From Thraustochytrium aureum (taxonomy: Eukaryota): a DNA stretch of 64,000 bases. The DNA is taken from the NCBI GenBank assembly GCA_012862495.1, contig BLSG01000375.1, positions 1-64,000 on the forward strand, given 5' to 3'. Every line of letters starts with the position of its first letter. Within the stretch, counting starts at the first letter, position 1. Made by a program: the position numbers and the translations under genes. This document shows, in pieces, positions 19,139 to 31,750 of this stretch. Below the pieces are notes generated by a model. The model saw nothing but the letters and a program-made list of their open reading frames with translations, ran no database searches and was not told where the DNA came from.

Positions 19139-22100
19139 ATGTGGCACGATCGCAAATCAACGAGCCGAGGTACCTGGGAAGAGGAAGGATCAGGAAGCGG
19201 TCGAGTCGACTGGATCGACGAGGGGAATTCGGAGGACGGCCCTGATGCGCATCCGGGCGAGGAGACCGAGGGGGTCATCGTTCAAGGCCTCGAAGTCTTC
19301 GGCCGAAGACTTTCCCAGCTAGCCAGGACGCATCAAGTAGTGGCTATCTCGATGTTGGTTCCCTGGGCGCCGGTCCGGGCGCCAGCGCCGACGACCTGCT
19401 CTTCTCCGAGGACGTGTTCGGCAGTCTTAAAACGCTGCGCGCAGCGTCAGAGGCGCGCAAAGAAGAAGCTCACTTGCAGAGCCGAAACGCCCGGCAAGCG
19501 CTATCGGTCGAAACGTCGCCAACCCCTGGCACTCGCAGCCAGCAGAGCCCAGCGCCAACGCGGGAAGCTGAGAGAAGCTGGGCCAGCCGGGCACCGTGTG
19601 ACGGCATCGTTGGTGCTCTGCGGCTCCTGAAGGGCAAGAAACGCGAACGGAAAAGCTCTGCCCAGGACGCGCCAAGGCCGCTCACGCCGAAGAGCGAGCT
19701 GAGACAGCAGGACCAGTCGGGACCGCCGTCGCGCGAACGCATCTCAACAACGAGAGAACATTCTTCCAAAGCACGGTCCCATGGCGAGTCCACAGACGAG
19801 GGGGCGCCCATGCCAGCACAGGACTTGCTGCCCCCCCCAGCAATATCCATACTGCCCCTCGAGGAAGAACGCAAAGACCACGACGAAAGCACGCAGTCGG
19901 GGGGCCGCGTTATGGTCGCTGCCCGCGTTCGACCACTTTTGCCGGGGGAGGCCGACGTCCACGTAAACGACCGCAGGGCTATGGTCGCCGACGAGCGCTC
20001 GCGGTCCGTGACCGTGTGGCTGGCCCCCTCCTCGCGACTGTCTCGCACGCCGGAGAAAGCCAAGCGGCGCATGTTTTCCTTTGACCACGTATTCGACGAA
20101 CGCTCCACGCAAGCCGATGTTTACCGGACAGCAGCGGCCCCGCTCGTTGACGCCGTTCTCCGTGGGATAAACGGCTGCCTGATTGCATACGGACAGACTG
20201 GCGCGGGCAAGACCTTTACCACGTTTGGGCCGCTCGCTTCCCACAACCGGCGGGGTCGCACCGCGCCGAGCCAGGCTGCGGAGCAAACCGCGCGACTTGG
20301 GCTCATTCCGCGCGCCGTGCACGCCGTTTTCGAGCGGCTCGACCAAAAGGTAGAGCAGAGCAGGGTAGAGGCCCGGCGGCGCCGCAGAGAGGCAGTAGAA
20401 AGCGCCGGTGCGCTCGCTGGTCTGACGCCGCGCTACTCGTATGCCGTGTATGTCACCTATTACCAGATCTACCTGGACGCGCACATCCAGGATCTTCTCA
20501 ACCCAGGCAACCAGCACTTGCAGATCCGGCTCGCAGAGGGCAACGGGCGCGACACGCCAACCGCGCACAAGGTAGAGGGGCTCTCCGTGCACCGCGTGAC
20601 CTCGGTGACACAGGTCCTCGAGCTTCTGGAGCGAGGCGACCAAAACAAAGTTGTGGCTCACACCTCGATGAACGCCAACTCGTCGCGGTCGCACTCGATC
20701 TTCACCGTTCAGCTCGCGCAGTACACGAGCCACGTTGACGCGGCGGCAGAATCGCCCGCGCAAGAGCAAGCTAGCGACCCGAGCGTCGCAGCGGCCTTCA
20801 CCCTGCGCGCCAAGCTGACCTGCGTCGACTTGGCGGGCTCAGAGCGGACCAGTAGGACACAGCCGCAGGGTCTCCAACTCGAAGAGGCCAAGTCAATCAA
20901 CCGGTCGCTATCCGCCCTTGGCAACGTAATCGCCGCGTTGAGTCAGGGCCAAGATAGAGATCGAGAGCGCCAGCCTGCGGCAGCCAGCGGCTCGAGCAGC
21001 ACTGGCGGCTCTGACGCCGACATGGAGGGCTTTGTGCCCTGGCGCGACTCCAAGCTAACCCGTGTCTTGCAAGAAAGCCTCGGGGGCAGCGCGCAGGTCT
21101 CGCTCGTCATCAATGTCGGCCCTGGCGCTGCCAATGCGAACGAGAGCGTCAACTCGCTTTTGTTTGGGAGGCGGGCGATGCGCGTCGCTCTGGAGCCCCG
21201 AGTCAACCTTCGCGTGGACCACGCCGAGCTGTGCAAGCAGCTGCAAGAGGCGCTCGACCGCACGCACGAGACGTACCGGGCGCGCCTAGCACAGCTCGAG
21301 GATCGCTTGCTCGTCAAGAGCAGCGAAATGGAGACCCTCAAGCTCGCCGTCGCGGGCGACTCGACAGGGCTGGCCTCTATGCAGGCCGCCATCGACGGCC
21401 TCCAGGCGCAGATCAAGCGAGACGCGGCCAAGCACGCCAAGCTCGCAGAGACGCACGATCTCCTCGAAGAAGCGCTGCTTGAGCAGCTCGAGATGAACGC
21501 GGCCATAGAGCAAAAGCTTCGCGAGCATGCAAAGTCCCAGCAAGGCGATGCTGACGCGCTGCTTCCTCGGCTCGAGGACGCAGAGCGGCGTGCCGCCCAA
21601 GCTGAAGTGCAGCTGCGGGAAATGTCCGAGCGCCTCATCGGCTCCAAGAGCAACTGCGCGAGACCCGCTTACGGGCTGAAGCTGGCGAACAGCACGCCGA
21701 CGAGCTCGAGGTCGCCTTGCACGACCAGCGGTGTGAGGCAGAGCAACGTTTGTTGGACGCTGCTGCCCAGGCGCAAGCATACGAAAGCCAACTCATGGCT
21801 GACGCCGAAGTTCAGGCTCGCGAACAGCGCGAGGTGGCTGTTCTGGCCTTGGAGCTTGCAGACACCAGGCGGGACCTCGAACTGGCGCGTCGCCGGCACG
21901 CGAGCGAGCTAGAAACGGCAGAGGGCCGCGTGGGCGATCTCGCGTCAGAACTCACTGCCTGCGAGGCCCGTGCCGCCGCTGCCGAGCGCAGGGTGGTTGC
22001 TGCAGAGCAGGAGCTGGCTGCCGAGCGGGAGCGGGCTCTCGCCCTCACGCGACCTGCCTCGGATGAGGTGGCCTCGCCGAGAGGTCATGTGGAGAGAGAA

Positions 22101-22480
22101 CAGCTTGAAAAGCTCAAGGCAAGGCTCAAAGCAGCCAAGCGAGATGCAGAGCAGCAAAAGAAACGCGCAGCCGCAGCCACTGCTTCGCTGGACGAGGTCA
22201 CAGCGAGGGCCAGCGGGCTCGACGCCGAGGCCGCCCAACTTCGTAGCGCACTCGCGTTGGCACAGGACGAGCTCCAAGGGGAAAGAGAGCGCGCTTTGGT
22301 TGCCCGAAAGCGTGTCGAGGAGTTAGCCGGAGAGCTGGAGTCGGCTCGCTCGACCGGAGCCAGCGCGCTTGAGGCTCTTGGCAAACAGTCTGCGGGGCTG
22401 CACGAGGAGCTGTTAGCCCTACGCGAGCAGCTTGGCCTGGCTGGTTGCGAGTTGATGCAGCGCCAACAGGACCGCGAGGA
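19139..22480 (+). CDS. Kinesin motor protein with long C-terminal coiled coil; 3' end in gap; frameshifts near 19315 and 21637
   Basis: RVRP, FSFDHVF, YGQTGAGKT (P-loop), NANSSRSH (switch I), DLAGSE (switch II), INRSLSALGNVI, VPWRDSKLTRVLQESLGG, then heptad-rich tail. Confidence 0.92.
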
Positions 22481-22996
22481 NNNNNNNNNNNNNNNNNNNN
22501 NNNNNNNNNNNNNNNNNNNNNNNNNNNNNNNNNNNNNNNNNNNNNNNNNNNNNNNNNNNNNNNNNNNNNNNNNNNNNNNNNNNNNNNNNNNNNNNNNNNN
22601 NNNNNNNNNNNNNNNNNNNNNNNNNNNNNNNNNNNNNNNNNNNNNNNNNNNNNNNNNNNNNNNNNNNNNNNNNNNNNNNNNNNNNNNNNNNNNNNNNNNN
22701 NNNNNNNNNNNNNNNNNNNNNNNNNNNNNNNNNNNNNNNNNNNNNNNNNNNNNNNNNNNNNNNNNNNNNNNNNNNNNNNNNNNNNNNNNNNNNNNNNNNN
22801 NNNNNNNNNNNNNNNNNNNNNNNNNNNNNNNNNNNNNNNNNNNNNNNNNNNNNNNNNNNNNNNNNNNNNNNNNNNNNNNNNNNNNNNNNNNNNNNNNNNN
22901 NNNNNNNNNNNNNNNNNNNNNNNNNNNNNNNNNNNNNNNNNNNNNNNNNNNNNNNNNNNNNNNNNNNNNNNNNNNNNNNNNNNNNNNNNNNNNNNN

Positions 22997-24166
22997 CTAG
23001 CTCGAGCGCACCTTGCCAGAAATCAGGAGGCCAGGCTTGCGCGTGACCAGAAACCGCTTGATCTCCTCCCAGATCTTGTGCATGGCAATCCCGTCCTGAT
23101 GTCGGTACTGCTTTTTCAGCGGAAAAGTCATCACGTTCCAGTTGCGCACGTGAGGCTCGAGCTTCGAGTCGTCGAAAAAAATGTGCAGGCCGCGGCAATT
23201 GTCGAAAATTGCAGCCGTGTCCTTCCAGATCCAGTCCTTGAACTGCCAGGTGGGGCCTTGCGTGAAGACAGCAGCGAGGCGTTCCCAGTGGTATGGCTGA
23301 AACTTGCGCACCGAGTCCACCACCTTGAACCTGATGGTCGTGTCGTCCAGCTTGCGCTCGATCACGATCTCCTGGGGCTTGACCGGGTTGAGCGCGCGCG
23401 CCTCCTCGGGAAAGACATACCGGCCTTCCTCGAGGAAGACGCGCACGTTGAACATGTTGATCGGCGCGGTCATTGCGGCTGGAACGACGATGATGGGGAT
23501 GCCATTCGGCACATTGGCCACCCCCGGCACCACCGCAGCAGAGCGCATCAGCAAACTTTTTTCCTGGGCCTTGCTCTTTCGCGCGTCACGTTCGATCGCG
23601 ATGGCCTCTGTGAACCGCTGCGAGCTCTGCAGGATTGAGTCCCGGTCAGTTTGGCAGCCCTCGCGCTTCTTGATCTTGCGCAAGAGCTGCTCTGTAGGCG
23701 AGAGCGTCCGCTCGCTCTTGCGCCTTTTTTTGGCGTTTGATTCTTGATCAGCGTCTGCGTCACCGGTGGCCCCGCCTGCTGCAGCGGCGTCCGCCTTGGC
23801 TACTGCTGCAGAGGAGGGCCCCTTGCCCGGTTTGGGCTCCTCGGCGTCGATGTGACTTGTCCACTTGGTTTTGCCCTGCAAAAAGTCGATGATGGCTTGC
23901 CGGTCCAAATGAGCAACGCGCTGCACCTTGCGCGAATGCGCGCCCTTGATGTAGGCTCCGTCGCCCTCTTTTGCGCTCTCCACCACGTACACGAGCGCGG
24001 CGAGGTCCAGCGTGCTGTTGGCCGACCGCATCGGCGTCACAGTGCGCTTCCCAAACCGTTTCTCCCCGAGAACAAACTCGTCCCCAGCCTCCTCCACAGC
24101 CCCGCCCCCGCTGATCACATCTCGCAGCGCGAGCAGGGCCTCGAGGCTGGCCTCCTTGTCGCCCAT
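22997..24166 (-). CDS. CDC73: Parafibromin / Cdc73, PAF1 complex subunit
   Basis: C-terminal domain PIIVVP...INMFNV..FLEEG.Y...FKVVD....WERLAAVFTQGPTWQFKDW. N-terminal YI..A....V..V...DR..IIDFL.G. Start MGDKEASL. Confidence 0.92.
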   Translation of the reverse strand: MGDKEASLEALLALRDVISGGGAVEEAGDEFVLGEKRFGKRTVTPMRSANSTLDLAALVYVVESAKEGDGAYIKGAHSRKVQRVAHLDRQAIIDFLQGKTKWTSHIDAEEPKPGKGPSSAAVAKADAAAAGGATGDADADQESNAKKRRKSERTLSPTEQLLRKIKKREGCQTDRDSILQSSQRFTEAIAIERDARKSKAQEKSLLMRSAAVVPGVANVPNGIPIIVVPAAMTAPINMFNVRVFLEEGRYVFPEEARALNPVKPQEIVIERKLDDTTIRFKVVDSVRKFQPYHWERLAAVFTQGPTWQFKDWIWKDTAAIFDNCRGLHIFFDDSKLEPHVRNWNVMTFPLKKQYRHQDGIAMHKIWEEIKRFLVTRKPGLLISGKVRSS

Positions 24167-25107
24167 CGCGTGCGGAGGGAGGCGAGCACGGCAACCGCCA
24201 CCCAACGCCAGCACGAGCCGCGCGGCCACCACCCACCAGGCGCAAGCTCCCGGATCGCGCAAGCGCAGTACGGCGCCGCGCCCTCTCGTGCGCTCAGACG
24301 CCCGGAGCGACAGGAGCGCAAGAGAGGGAGAGAGGCACCGGCAGCCAGCTCGCTCCGCAGGTCTGCGGTCCTCGCTCTCAATCGGCCGAACATCCTGCAC
24401 GTNNNNNNNNNNNNNNNNNNNNNNNNNNNNNNNNNNNNNNNNNNNNNNNNNNNNNNNNNNNNNNNNNNNNNNNNNNNNNNNNNNNNNNNNNNNNNNNNNN
24501 NNNNNNNNNNNNNNNNNNNNNNNNNNNNNNNNNNNNNNNNNNNNNNNNNNNNNNNNNNNNNNNNNNNNNNNNNNNNNNNNNNNNNNNNNNNNNNNNNNNN
24601 NNNNNNNNNNNNNNNNNNNNNNNNNNNNNNNNNNNNNNNNNNNNNNNNNNNNNNNNNNNNNNNNNNNNNNNNNNNNNNNNNNNNNNNNNNNNNNNNNACA
24701 GGGCAGGCCGTGAGCGCCCTGCTTTTTTCTTTGGGGAATGGTGTCGACCCTGGCGACGACCAGCCTGAACTGGCAAGTTTAGCTGGTCAACGCCGCGGCC
24801 TCGGCCGCTTGCTCTCGTCAATCACACGATGCACGAAGAAGGTTGGAAAAAGGAACGGATGGGTACTCTACTTACTCTACCCACCCTACTCACGTTTCGG
24901 GTTGGGCGACGCTGCGCTGCCGCTGTGATTGGTGCCGACATGGCGCATGGCGAGGTCAAAATGCGTCGTCTCGCGACTTGTCCACCTCGAACGCCCCTCT
25001 CCTTTGGCAGAGTTGATGCTCAGCAACGCGTGTCGAGCAGTTGCTGGATCAAGAAACAAGTCATGATGCACCTACCGCGCGCATGGGGCCATGTGCCCAG
25101 AGACGCC

Positions 25108-28100
25108 TCAGCTGGTTCGGGCAAGCGCGGCCTGGACGACCTGGCGCTGCCCAATGCTGAGACCAGCAAACACGGCGGACTGCTGCGCAGCGGAAAGCGA
25201 CCCGAAGAGGCCCTTGGTCACCGGCACGAGCGCGTTCAAGGTCTCGTCGTCAAGGAGGACGACGTCGTCAGTCTCAGAGTCTGCGGCGTTGTCGGAGGCC
25301 TTCGCGCTTCGCTTCGCGGCCGCCTCGGCAATGAGGAGGAGCTCAGCGAGAACGCGGGCGACCTGATCCAGGTTGACGAGGGCCTGGCCGCCCAAAGCAC
25401 CTTGGTGGCTCTCCGCGAGGAGCCGGCAAAAGAGGTTGTGCGAATACGTCGCCTCCTCTGTGTCGTAGCGAAGCGGGAGGTTCTGCAACCAAAGCGGCCA
25501 CACCTTTGCAGCATCTACAGCGCCGTCGTAGAGCACGCCGATGCGGCCCAGAGCTGACACGGCGTTCTCAAGCACATGGTCGCCCTCGTCGTCCTCGTCT
25601 TCGTCGTACTGCTGCTCTTGCGACCGTGACGCAATGAGGCCCGACAGCGCAGCAACGGCGCTGGCCGCGTGCTGGCCAAAGTATGTGGGTTGGAACTGAG
25701 CGACTTGCGCAATGCCGTAGGCGCAAGTCTGTTGCACGCCGTCCTCCCTGGGCCGCAGGTACTGAAGGAGAAGAGGGAAGACGAGGTCGAGGTAGCGCGC
25801 CGCGGCGGGGCCCCCGTTCTGCAGGATGTCCACGTACATGCACAGCGCGTTATTGCGCACCGGCGCCGCGTTTTGCGGCTGCACCAAGATCTGAGCGGCC
25901 GGGTGGAGGATCTCGTCAAACACCGGAACGAAGCCCTCTTTGCCCATCTTTATGAGCCAACCGATTGCATCGACCACGTCGGTGCAAAAGGCCTCCTCGT
26001 CCTCGTTCACCTCCTCCATGAGGTCAGCAATGTCCTCCTCCTCATAGCCCTCGTCGGCGAAACGGTCGGCCGCCTGCACGCGCCGCTGGACACTGAGCGC
26101 CAGGATGTTGCGCAAGACGGTCGCCAGGTCGCAACAACCTGGGGCGGTGGCGTGAGGAGCGGGTCTGGCCACTTGCCCTTGCTGTCGGGCTCCTCGGCGC
26201 CAGAGGAGTGGCAGATGCGCAGGCACCGTTCGAAAGCGCTTATGAAGCCGGCGCGCTGCGCAACGGCTGCATCGAGGAGGCCCTGCTGGTCCTCGGCGTC
26301 CGCGTCTGGTTCATACACCGGCTCGCTCGCCTTTTGCAGGGCGCCAAGGAGTGCAAGAGCGATGGCAACCAAAAGCTTTTGCGCGGGCTCCATCGAGTGC
26401 CCGGTCCGGAAAAGCTGCTCCCAGGTCGCCTTTAGCAGCGCGGCGGCCGCCTCCGCGGCGTGCACCGACGCGTCCGCGTTCAGGTGGTCTGAAATCGCCG
26501 GAAGGACCACTTGAAAGCACTTGTCAAGGTACGACGAGATGTTGCTACCGAGCTCCTCGGCCATGACCTGGAGACACTCGAGCGCGTCAATGCGGGCCTG
26601 GATGGCAAACACGTTGGCCGTGACGCGAAAAGCCCCGGCTCCGCGTACAGCCTTGACGATGCTTACCTTGCCGTTTGCATCAGTCGAGTTGAACGCGTTG
26701 GCGCCGCTCGCGGGCGGGGCGCGGTCTTGGTCAGCGATGTCCTCCACTGTGACGCCAGTGCTGCACTGCGCGCCGGTGAGGACCACAGGCAGGGCGCGGT
26801 CAAGATAGGGGACAAAGTCAGCGCCAAGGACCGAGGCCATCTTCTTGAGAAAATCGTAAATCCCGTCGAGCTCGGCCAGCTTGGCCGCGTCCGCTTGCAG
26901 GATCATACGCAAGAGTTCGTCCCCGTCGCGCGCAAACCTGTCTTTCCCGACGGCCTCGGCAATCGAGGCCGCGCAGCTCATTGCGGCAGCACGGAGCTCG
27001 TCCGCCTTGATGCTGTTCGCCTGGTCGCCGCCGCTTTGCGCCCCGACTGCGCCCTCCGGGTTGGCCACAAATTGCTTGATGCCCGGCATGAGCTCGTCGT
27101 AGAACTGGCCGAACGAGGGCCCGGCAAACAGCGCCACGGCGCTGAGGGCGAGCAGGGCGTCCTCCTTGACTTGCGGTGGCCCCTGCGTGAGGCACTTGAC
27201 GAGCGCTTGCAGCAGGCGGCGCTGGTCGTCGTCTGCGATGGACTCTACTGTGTCGACGCCCTCGCGCAGGAACCCGGCGAGGCACTGCAGCGCGGCGCAG
27301 GTCAGCGCGGGAACGCGAGCGCCGCAATCGGCCTCCACCAGCCGAACGAGCTTGCCCAAAGCGAGTGCGCACCGTTCGGGGTGGGACTCCTCCGAAAAGG
27401 CAGAGCACATCCCTGGGGCCTGGATCATCTCGTGCAGGGCGGCCACCGCGGCAAACACGACGCGGCGGTCTTCGTCCTCAAAAAGGTGCTTGATCGCCTC
27501 GAGGATGGCGTCCGCCTCAGCGGCCAGGCGCTTGCCGAGCGGGGCCGCGAGAGCCCCGAGGACAGAGAGCGCTGCGTGGCGCTCCCGCCAGGCCGTGCTC
27601 TGGAACGCCGGGCCAATCGTGGCGAACACCTGGGACGCAAAGGCCTTCGGGCTGTCGAGGTGCGCGGCGACGACGCGAAGCGCGTGAATCGAGCTGCCGC
27701 GCAGGCCCGGCTCGTTTGCGAGGAGGAGGTCCTCCGCAACGACGGCCATGTCGTCCTCCCAGTCGTCCTCCCAGGCGATGTCCTCAACCTGCATGCGAAT
27801 GAGCAGGTGGAGCAAGTTTTGCATAAACGCGGCATCTTTGCTGATGGTCTTGCCTCGCTTGGCAAAGATATCCACGAATACTTGCAGGGCCTGGCACCGG
27901 CTCTGGTCGTCCAGCTCGCCAGTCTCTGCCAGTTGCAGGAGCGCGAGGCAGGTCGGCGCGAGCGACTTGTCCATTGCGAGCATGCACTTGGTCGTCAGGG
28001 TCTGAAACGACTGCAGCGTCGCGGTGGCCAGGTCGTGCGCCGCGGGCGTCGAGTCTTTGCGCAGCCCGCCCTGAACCGCCTGAACGATGAGGGGAACTGC

Positions 28101-28717
28101 ATGCTCCAAGAAGGCTTGCAGCTGCGCCGGTTTGGGGCGCTAAGCATGAGTGCGCAGGTCGCCTCGGCCGCCGAGAGCTGGCTTTCGAGGTCGTCCGTCT
28201 GCGAGAGGCACTGCGTCAGCGTGCGCACGGTGCCGTCCAGTTGCGCTTCCACGAGCGCAAAGGCAAACTCTGCGACTTTGCCCAAGAGGAACAGGAAAAC
28301 GGGGCGCATCTGCACAGCGCACTTGGCAAGCATGTCCAGCGTCCAGGGCACGAGGTCGGAGAGGCGCTGCAGCTCTGCGGCGGGAAAGGCCACCAAGGCA
28401 TGCACGACCTTTCTGCCGACCGCCGGGTCCTGCTCTGTTTCAAGCGCGCTGGTCAGCGCCGCCTTGACGCCGTTTTTGGGGCCGTCCGCGACGCGCGCCC
28501 ACACCTCGCGTCTCCTGATCACTTGCCGCATGAGCACCACCGCGAGCCCCCTGGTCGCCCCGTCCGGGGCCTGTCCGAGCGCTCCCGCGAGTAGCTCTGC
28601 AGCCCTCGCCGGCTTGGCCTCCACCATGGCGTTGTACTCCGCTTCCGCGCCTTTACGCGCCTGATTATCCGCGCCGAGCATGGCGCCCAGCACGGACGCA
28701 AACCTCTCGCCGTCCAT
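25108..28717 (-). CDS. IPO5: Importin-beta family HEAT-repeat karyopherin, importin-5/Kap121-like; frameshifts near 28133 and 26135
   Basis: DNQARKGAEAEYN, WRERHAAL, F.QFYDELMP, VLGADFVPYL, ENAVSALGRI, WLQNLPL..D.EEA. Three ORFs joined by single-base shifts. Confidence 0.82.
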
Positions 28718-29729
28718 CCTCGTCGCACAAATCCAAACTGCGTCAAAAAGAGCCGAGCCTGCGCAGAGCCTGGGCCGAGCAGAGCGCCAGACAGTAGGTC
28801 GAGCNNNNNNNNNNNNNNNNNNNNNNNNNNNNNNNNNNNNNNNNNNNNNNNNNNNNNNNNNNNNNNNNNNNNNNNNNNNNNNNNNNNNNNNNNNNNNNNN
28901 NNNNNNNNNNNNNNNNNNNNNNNNNNNNNNNNNNNNNNNNNNNNNNNNNNNNNNNNNNNNNNNNNNNNNNNNNNNNNNNNNNNNNNNNNNNNNNNNNNNN
29001 NNNNNNNNNNNNNNNNNNNNNNNNNNNNNNNNNNNNNNNNNNNNNNNNNNNNNNNNNNNNNNNNNNNNNNNNNNNNNNNNNNNNNNNNNNNNNNNNNNNN
29101 NNNNNNNNNNNNNNNNNNNNNNNNNNNNNNNNNNNNNNNNNNNNNNNNNNNNNNNNNNNNNNNNNNNNNNNNNNNNNNNNNNNNNNNNNNNNNNNNNNNN
29201 NNNNNNNNNNNNNNNNNNNNNNNNNNNNNNNNNNNNNNNNNNNNNNNNNNNNNNNNNNNNNNNNNNNNNNNNNNNNNNNNNNNNNNNNNNNNNNNNNNNN
29301 NNNNNNNNNNNNNNNNNNNNNNNNNNNNNNNNNNNNNNNNNNNNNNNNNNNNNNNNNNNNNNNNNNNNNNNNNNNNNNNNNNNNNNNNNNNNNNNNNNNN
29401 NNNNNNNNNNNNNNNNNNNNNNNNNNNNNNNNNNNNNNNNNNNNNNNNNNNNNNNNNNNNNNNNNNNNNNNNNNNNNNNNNNNNNNNNNNNNNNNNNNNN
29501 NNNNNNNNNNNNNNNNNNNNNNNNNNNNNNNNNNNNNNNNNNNNNNNNNNNNNNNNNNNNNNNNNNNNNNNNNNNNNNNNNNNNNNNNNNNNNNNNNNNN
29601 NNNNNNNNNNNNNNNNNNNNNNNNNNNNNNNNNNNNNNNNNNNNNNNNNNNNNNNNNNNNNNNNNNNNNNNNNNNNNNNNNNNNNNNNNNNNNNNNNNNN
29701 NNNNNNNNNNNNNNNNNNNNNNNNNNNNN

Positions 29730-31246
29730 AAGTGTGACCCAACCGGGAAGAGCGTCCGCCAGAACTTTCATCGCCTGCACGACTGGAACATGGACGAGGT
29801 CAAAGACCATCGAGACTCGCCCCTTGTCCGGCGCAGCTCGCCCGAGCCGCTCCTCATTTGCAACACGCGCGAGTCGATCAAGTACATGCTCAAGGACGAG
29901 TTTGAGAGCTTCACCAAGCCCGGGCCCGCGAGCGACCCGCTCTTCTCGGGCCTAACCACGTTCTTGGGCGGAGGGATTTTTGTCGTCCGCCACGGCAAGG
30001 ACCTGTTTCCGCGCGAGCACGCCATCTGGTTCGACCAGCGCAAGACCGCGAGCAAGATCTTCACCAAGAACACGTTCAAGAACGTCGCGCACAAGGCCTT
30101 CGTGCGCAAAGCGGGCAACCTGGTGCGCGCCGTGCACCGCACCGCTGCGCTGAATGAAGGCGCGCCTCGCAACGGGTTGGAGCATGCCGTGGACCTGCAG
30201 ACCCTGTTCTTCTCGTTCACGTTTGACTCGATTCAGGAAATCTTCTTCGGCCTGGACGTCGACTCGGTGACTGGGGAACCAGACGTTTTTGCCACCACGT
30301 TTGACTCGGCGCATCGCAACATGGTCGACTGCCTCTTTGGCAACATCGGGGTCATGATCGCCTCGCGGTATGTGCTGCCCTTTCCGCTGGGCGACCTCGG
30401 CGTGGACAACATCAACACCGGGCTGCTCGTCCCTCTCGTGAGAGCCTTTGATCGCAGGCACCGCACATTCATGCGCAGCGTAGCCTACCTTCGGGACGAG
30501 ACGCGCCGCCTCGTGCGCGCGGCCCGGGCAGACCCCAACCTGGCCGGGCGGAACGACATGATCAGCAATTTCATCAAGGCGGGCAAGTACTCTGACGACG
30601 ACCTGATCGACGTCGTGCTCAACCTCATCATTGCGGGTCGCGACACCACGGCCTGCACCCTGAGCTGGCTTTTCTACGAGCTTTCCATCAACCCTCTCGT
30701 GCAAGAGCGCCTGGCGGAGGAGGTCTTGCGCGAGCTCGGCGAGGCCACCCCTTCCCTCGCCGACCTCGATCCTGCGCGCCTGCCGTACCTCAACGGCTGC
30801 GTTTATGAGACGCTGCGTCTGCACTCCCCAGTCCCAATCGACTAAAGACTGCCTCGCGTGATGTGACGTTTCCTTGCGGCACTTGCGTGCCTTCTGGCAC
30901 GAAGCTCGGGTTCGCGCCCTACGCGCTCGGCCGCGACCCGGTGCGGTACCCGGACCCGCTCAAGTTTGATCCAACCCGGTGGATCCCGTTCGAGGAGCCG
31001 GACCTGTTCGAGTTTCCGGTGTTCCAGGCGGGCCCGCGTACGTGCCTGGGAATGGCGCTCAGCCTCTTCGAGACCCGCCTTGTCACCGCCACGCTGATCC
31101 GCGAGTTCGAATTCGCTCTGCAGCCGGGCCAGAGCATCTCGTACGCGACGGCGCTCACCATGTCCATCGTCAACAACGAGGAAAAGACCTCGCACAGCCT
31201 CTTGCTCGCACCACGTGCCCGCAAGTCGGCGTCGTCGACGCGCTGA
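29730..31246 (+). CDS. Cytochrome P450, CYP86 clan (CYP704/86/94-like); 5' end in gap; frameshift at ~30843
   Basis: LGGGIF..., W..QRKTASKIF, FTFDSI..IFFG, IIAGRDTTA (I-helix), ETLRL, FDPTRW, FQAGPRTCLG (heme Cys). Confidence 0.92.
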
Positions 31247-31630
31247 CGGGTCCGCGCAACAACCTTGACAACTTGACAAGGGTTTTACCCAAAACCCCAA
31301 AAGGAACCCGAGCGTCACAATCNNNNNNNNNNNNNNNNNNNNNNNNNNNNNNNNNNNNNNNNNNNNNNNNNNNNNNNNNNNNNNNNNNNNNNNNNNNNNN
31401 NNNNNNNNNNNNNNNNNNNNNNNNNNNNNNNNNNNNNNNNNNNNNNNNNNNNNNNNNNNNNNNNNNNNNNNNNNNNNNNNNNNNNNNNNNNNNNNNNNNN
31501 NNNNNNNNNNNNNNNNNNNNNNNNNNNNNNNNNNNNNNNNNNNNNNNNNNNNNNNNNNNNNNNNNNNNNNNNNNNNNNNNNNNNNNNNNNNNNNNNNNNN
31601 NNNNNNNNNNNNNNNNNNNNNNNNAATCGC

Positions 31631-31750
31631 CGTCAACTTTCACGTCACGCCACGTCCCCACATGACGCGACTCATGCGGCGACGAGAACGCCCGAGCAGC
31701 GACGCAAAGGCCGTCCACCTCCACGTCACATGAGCCCGTAAATGACGCGA
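31631..31750. promoter_or_regulatory. Cluster of CACGTCA/ATGACG (bZIP CRE/ATF-like) motifs
   Basis: CACGTCA at 31641 and 31722; ATGACGCGA at 31662 and 31742. Confidence 0.35.

Noticed and set aside
30843..30845. In-frame TAA in the P450 as possible stop-codon reassignment or readthrough
   Set aside because: The conserved downstream sequence (KTASRDVTFP...FQAGPRTCLG) is in a different frame, so this is an indel. TAA, TAG and TGA all end other genes normally.
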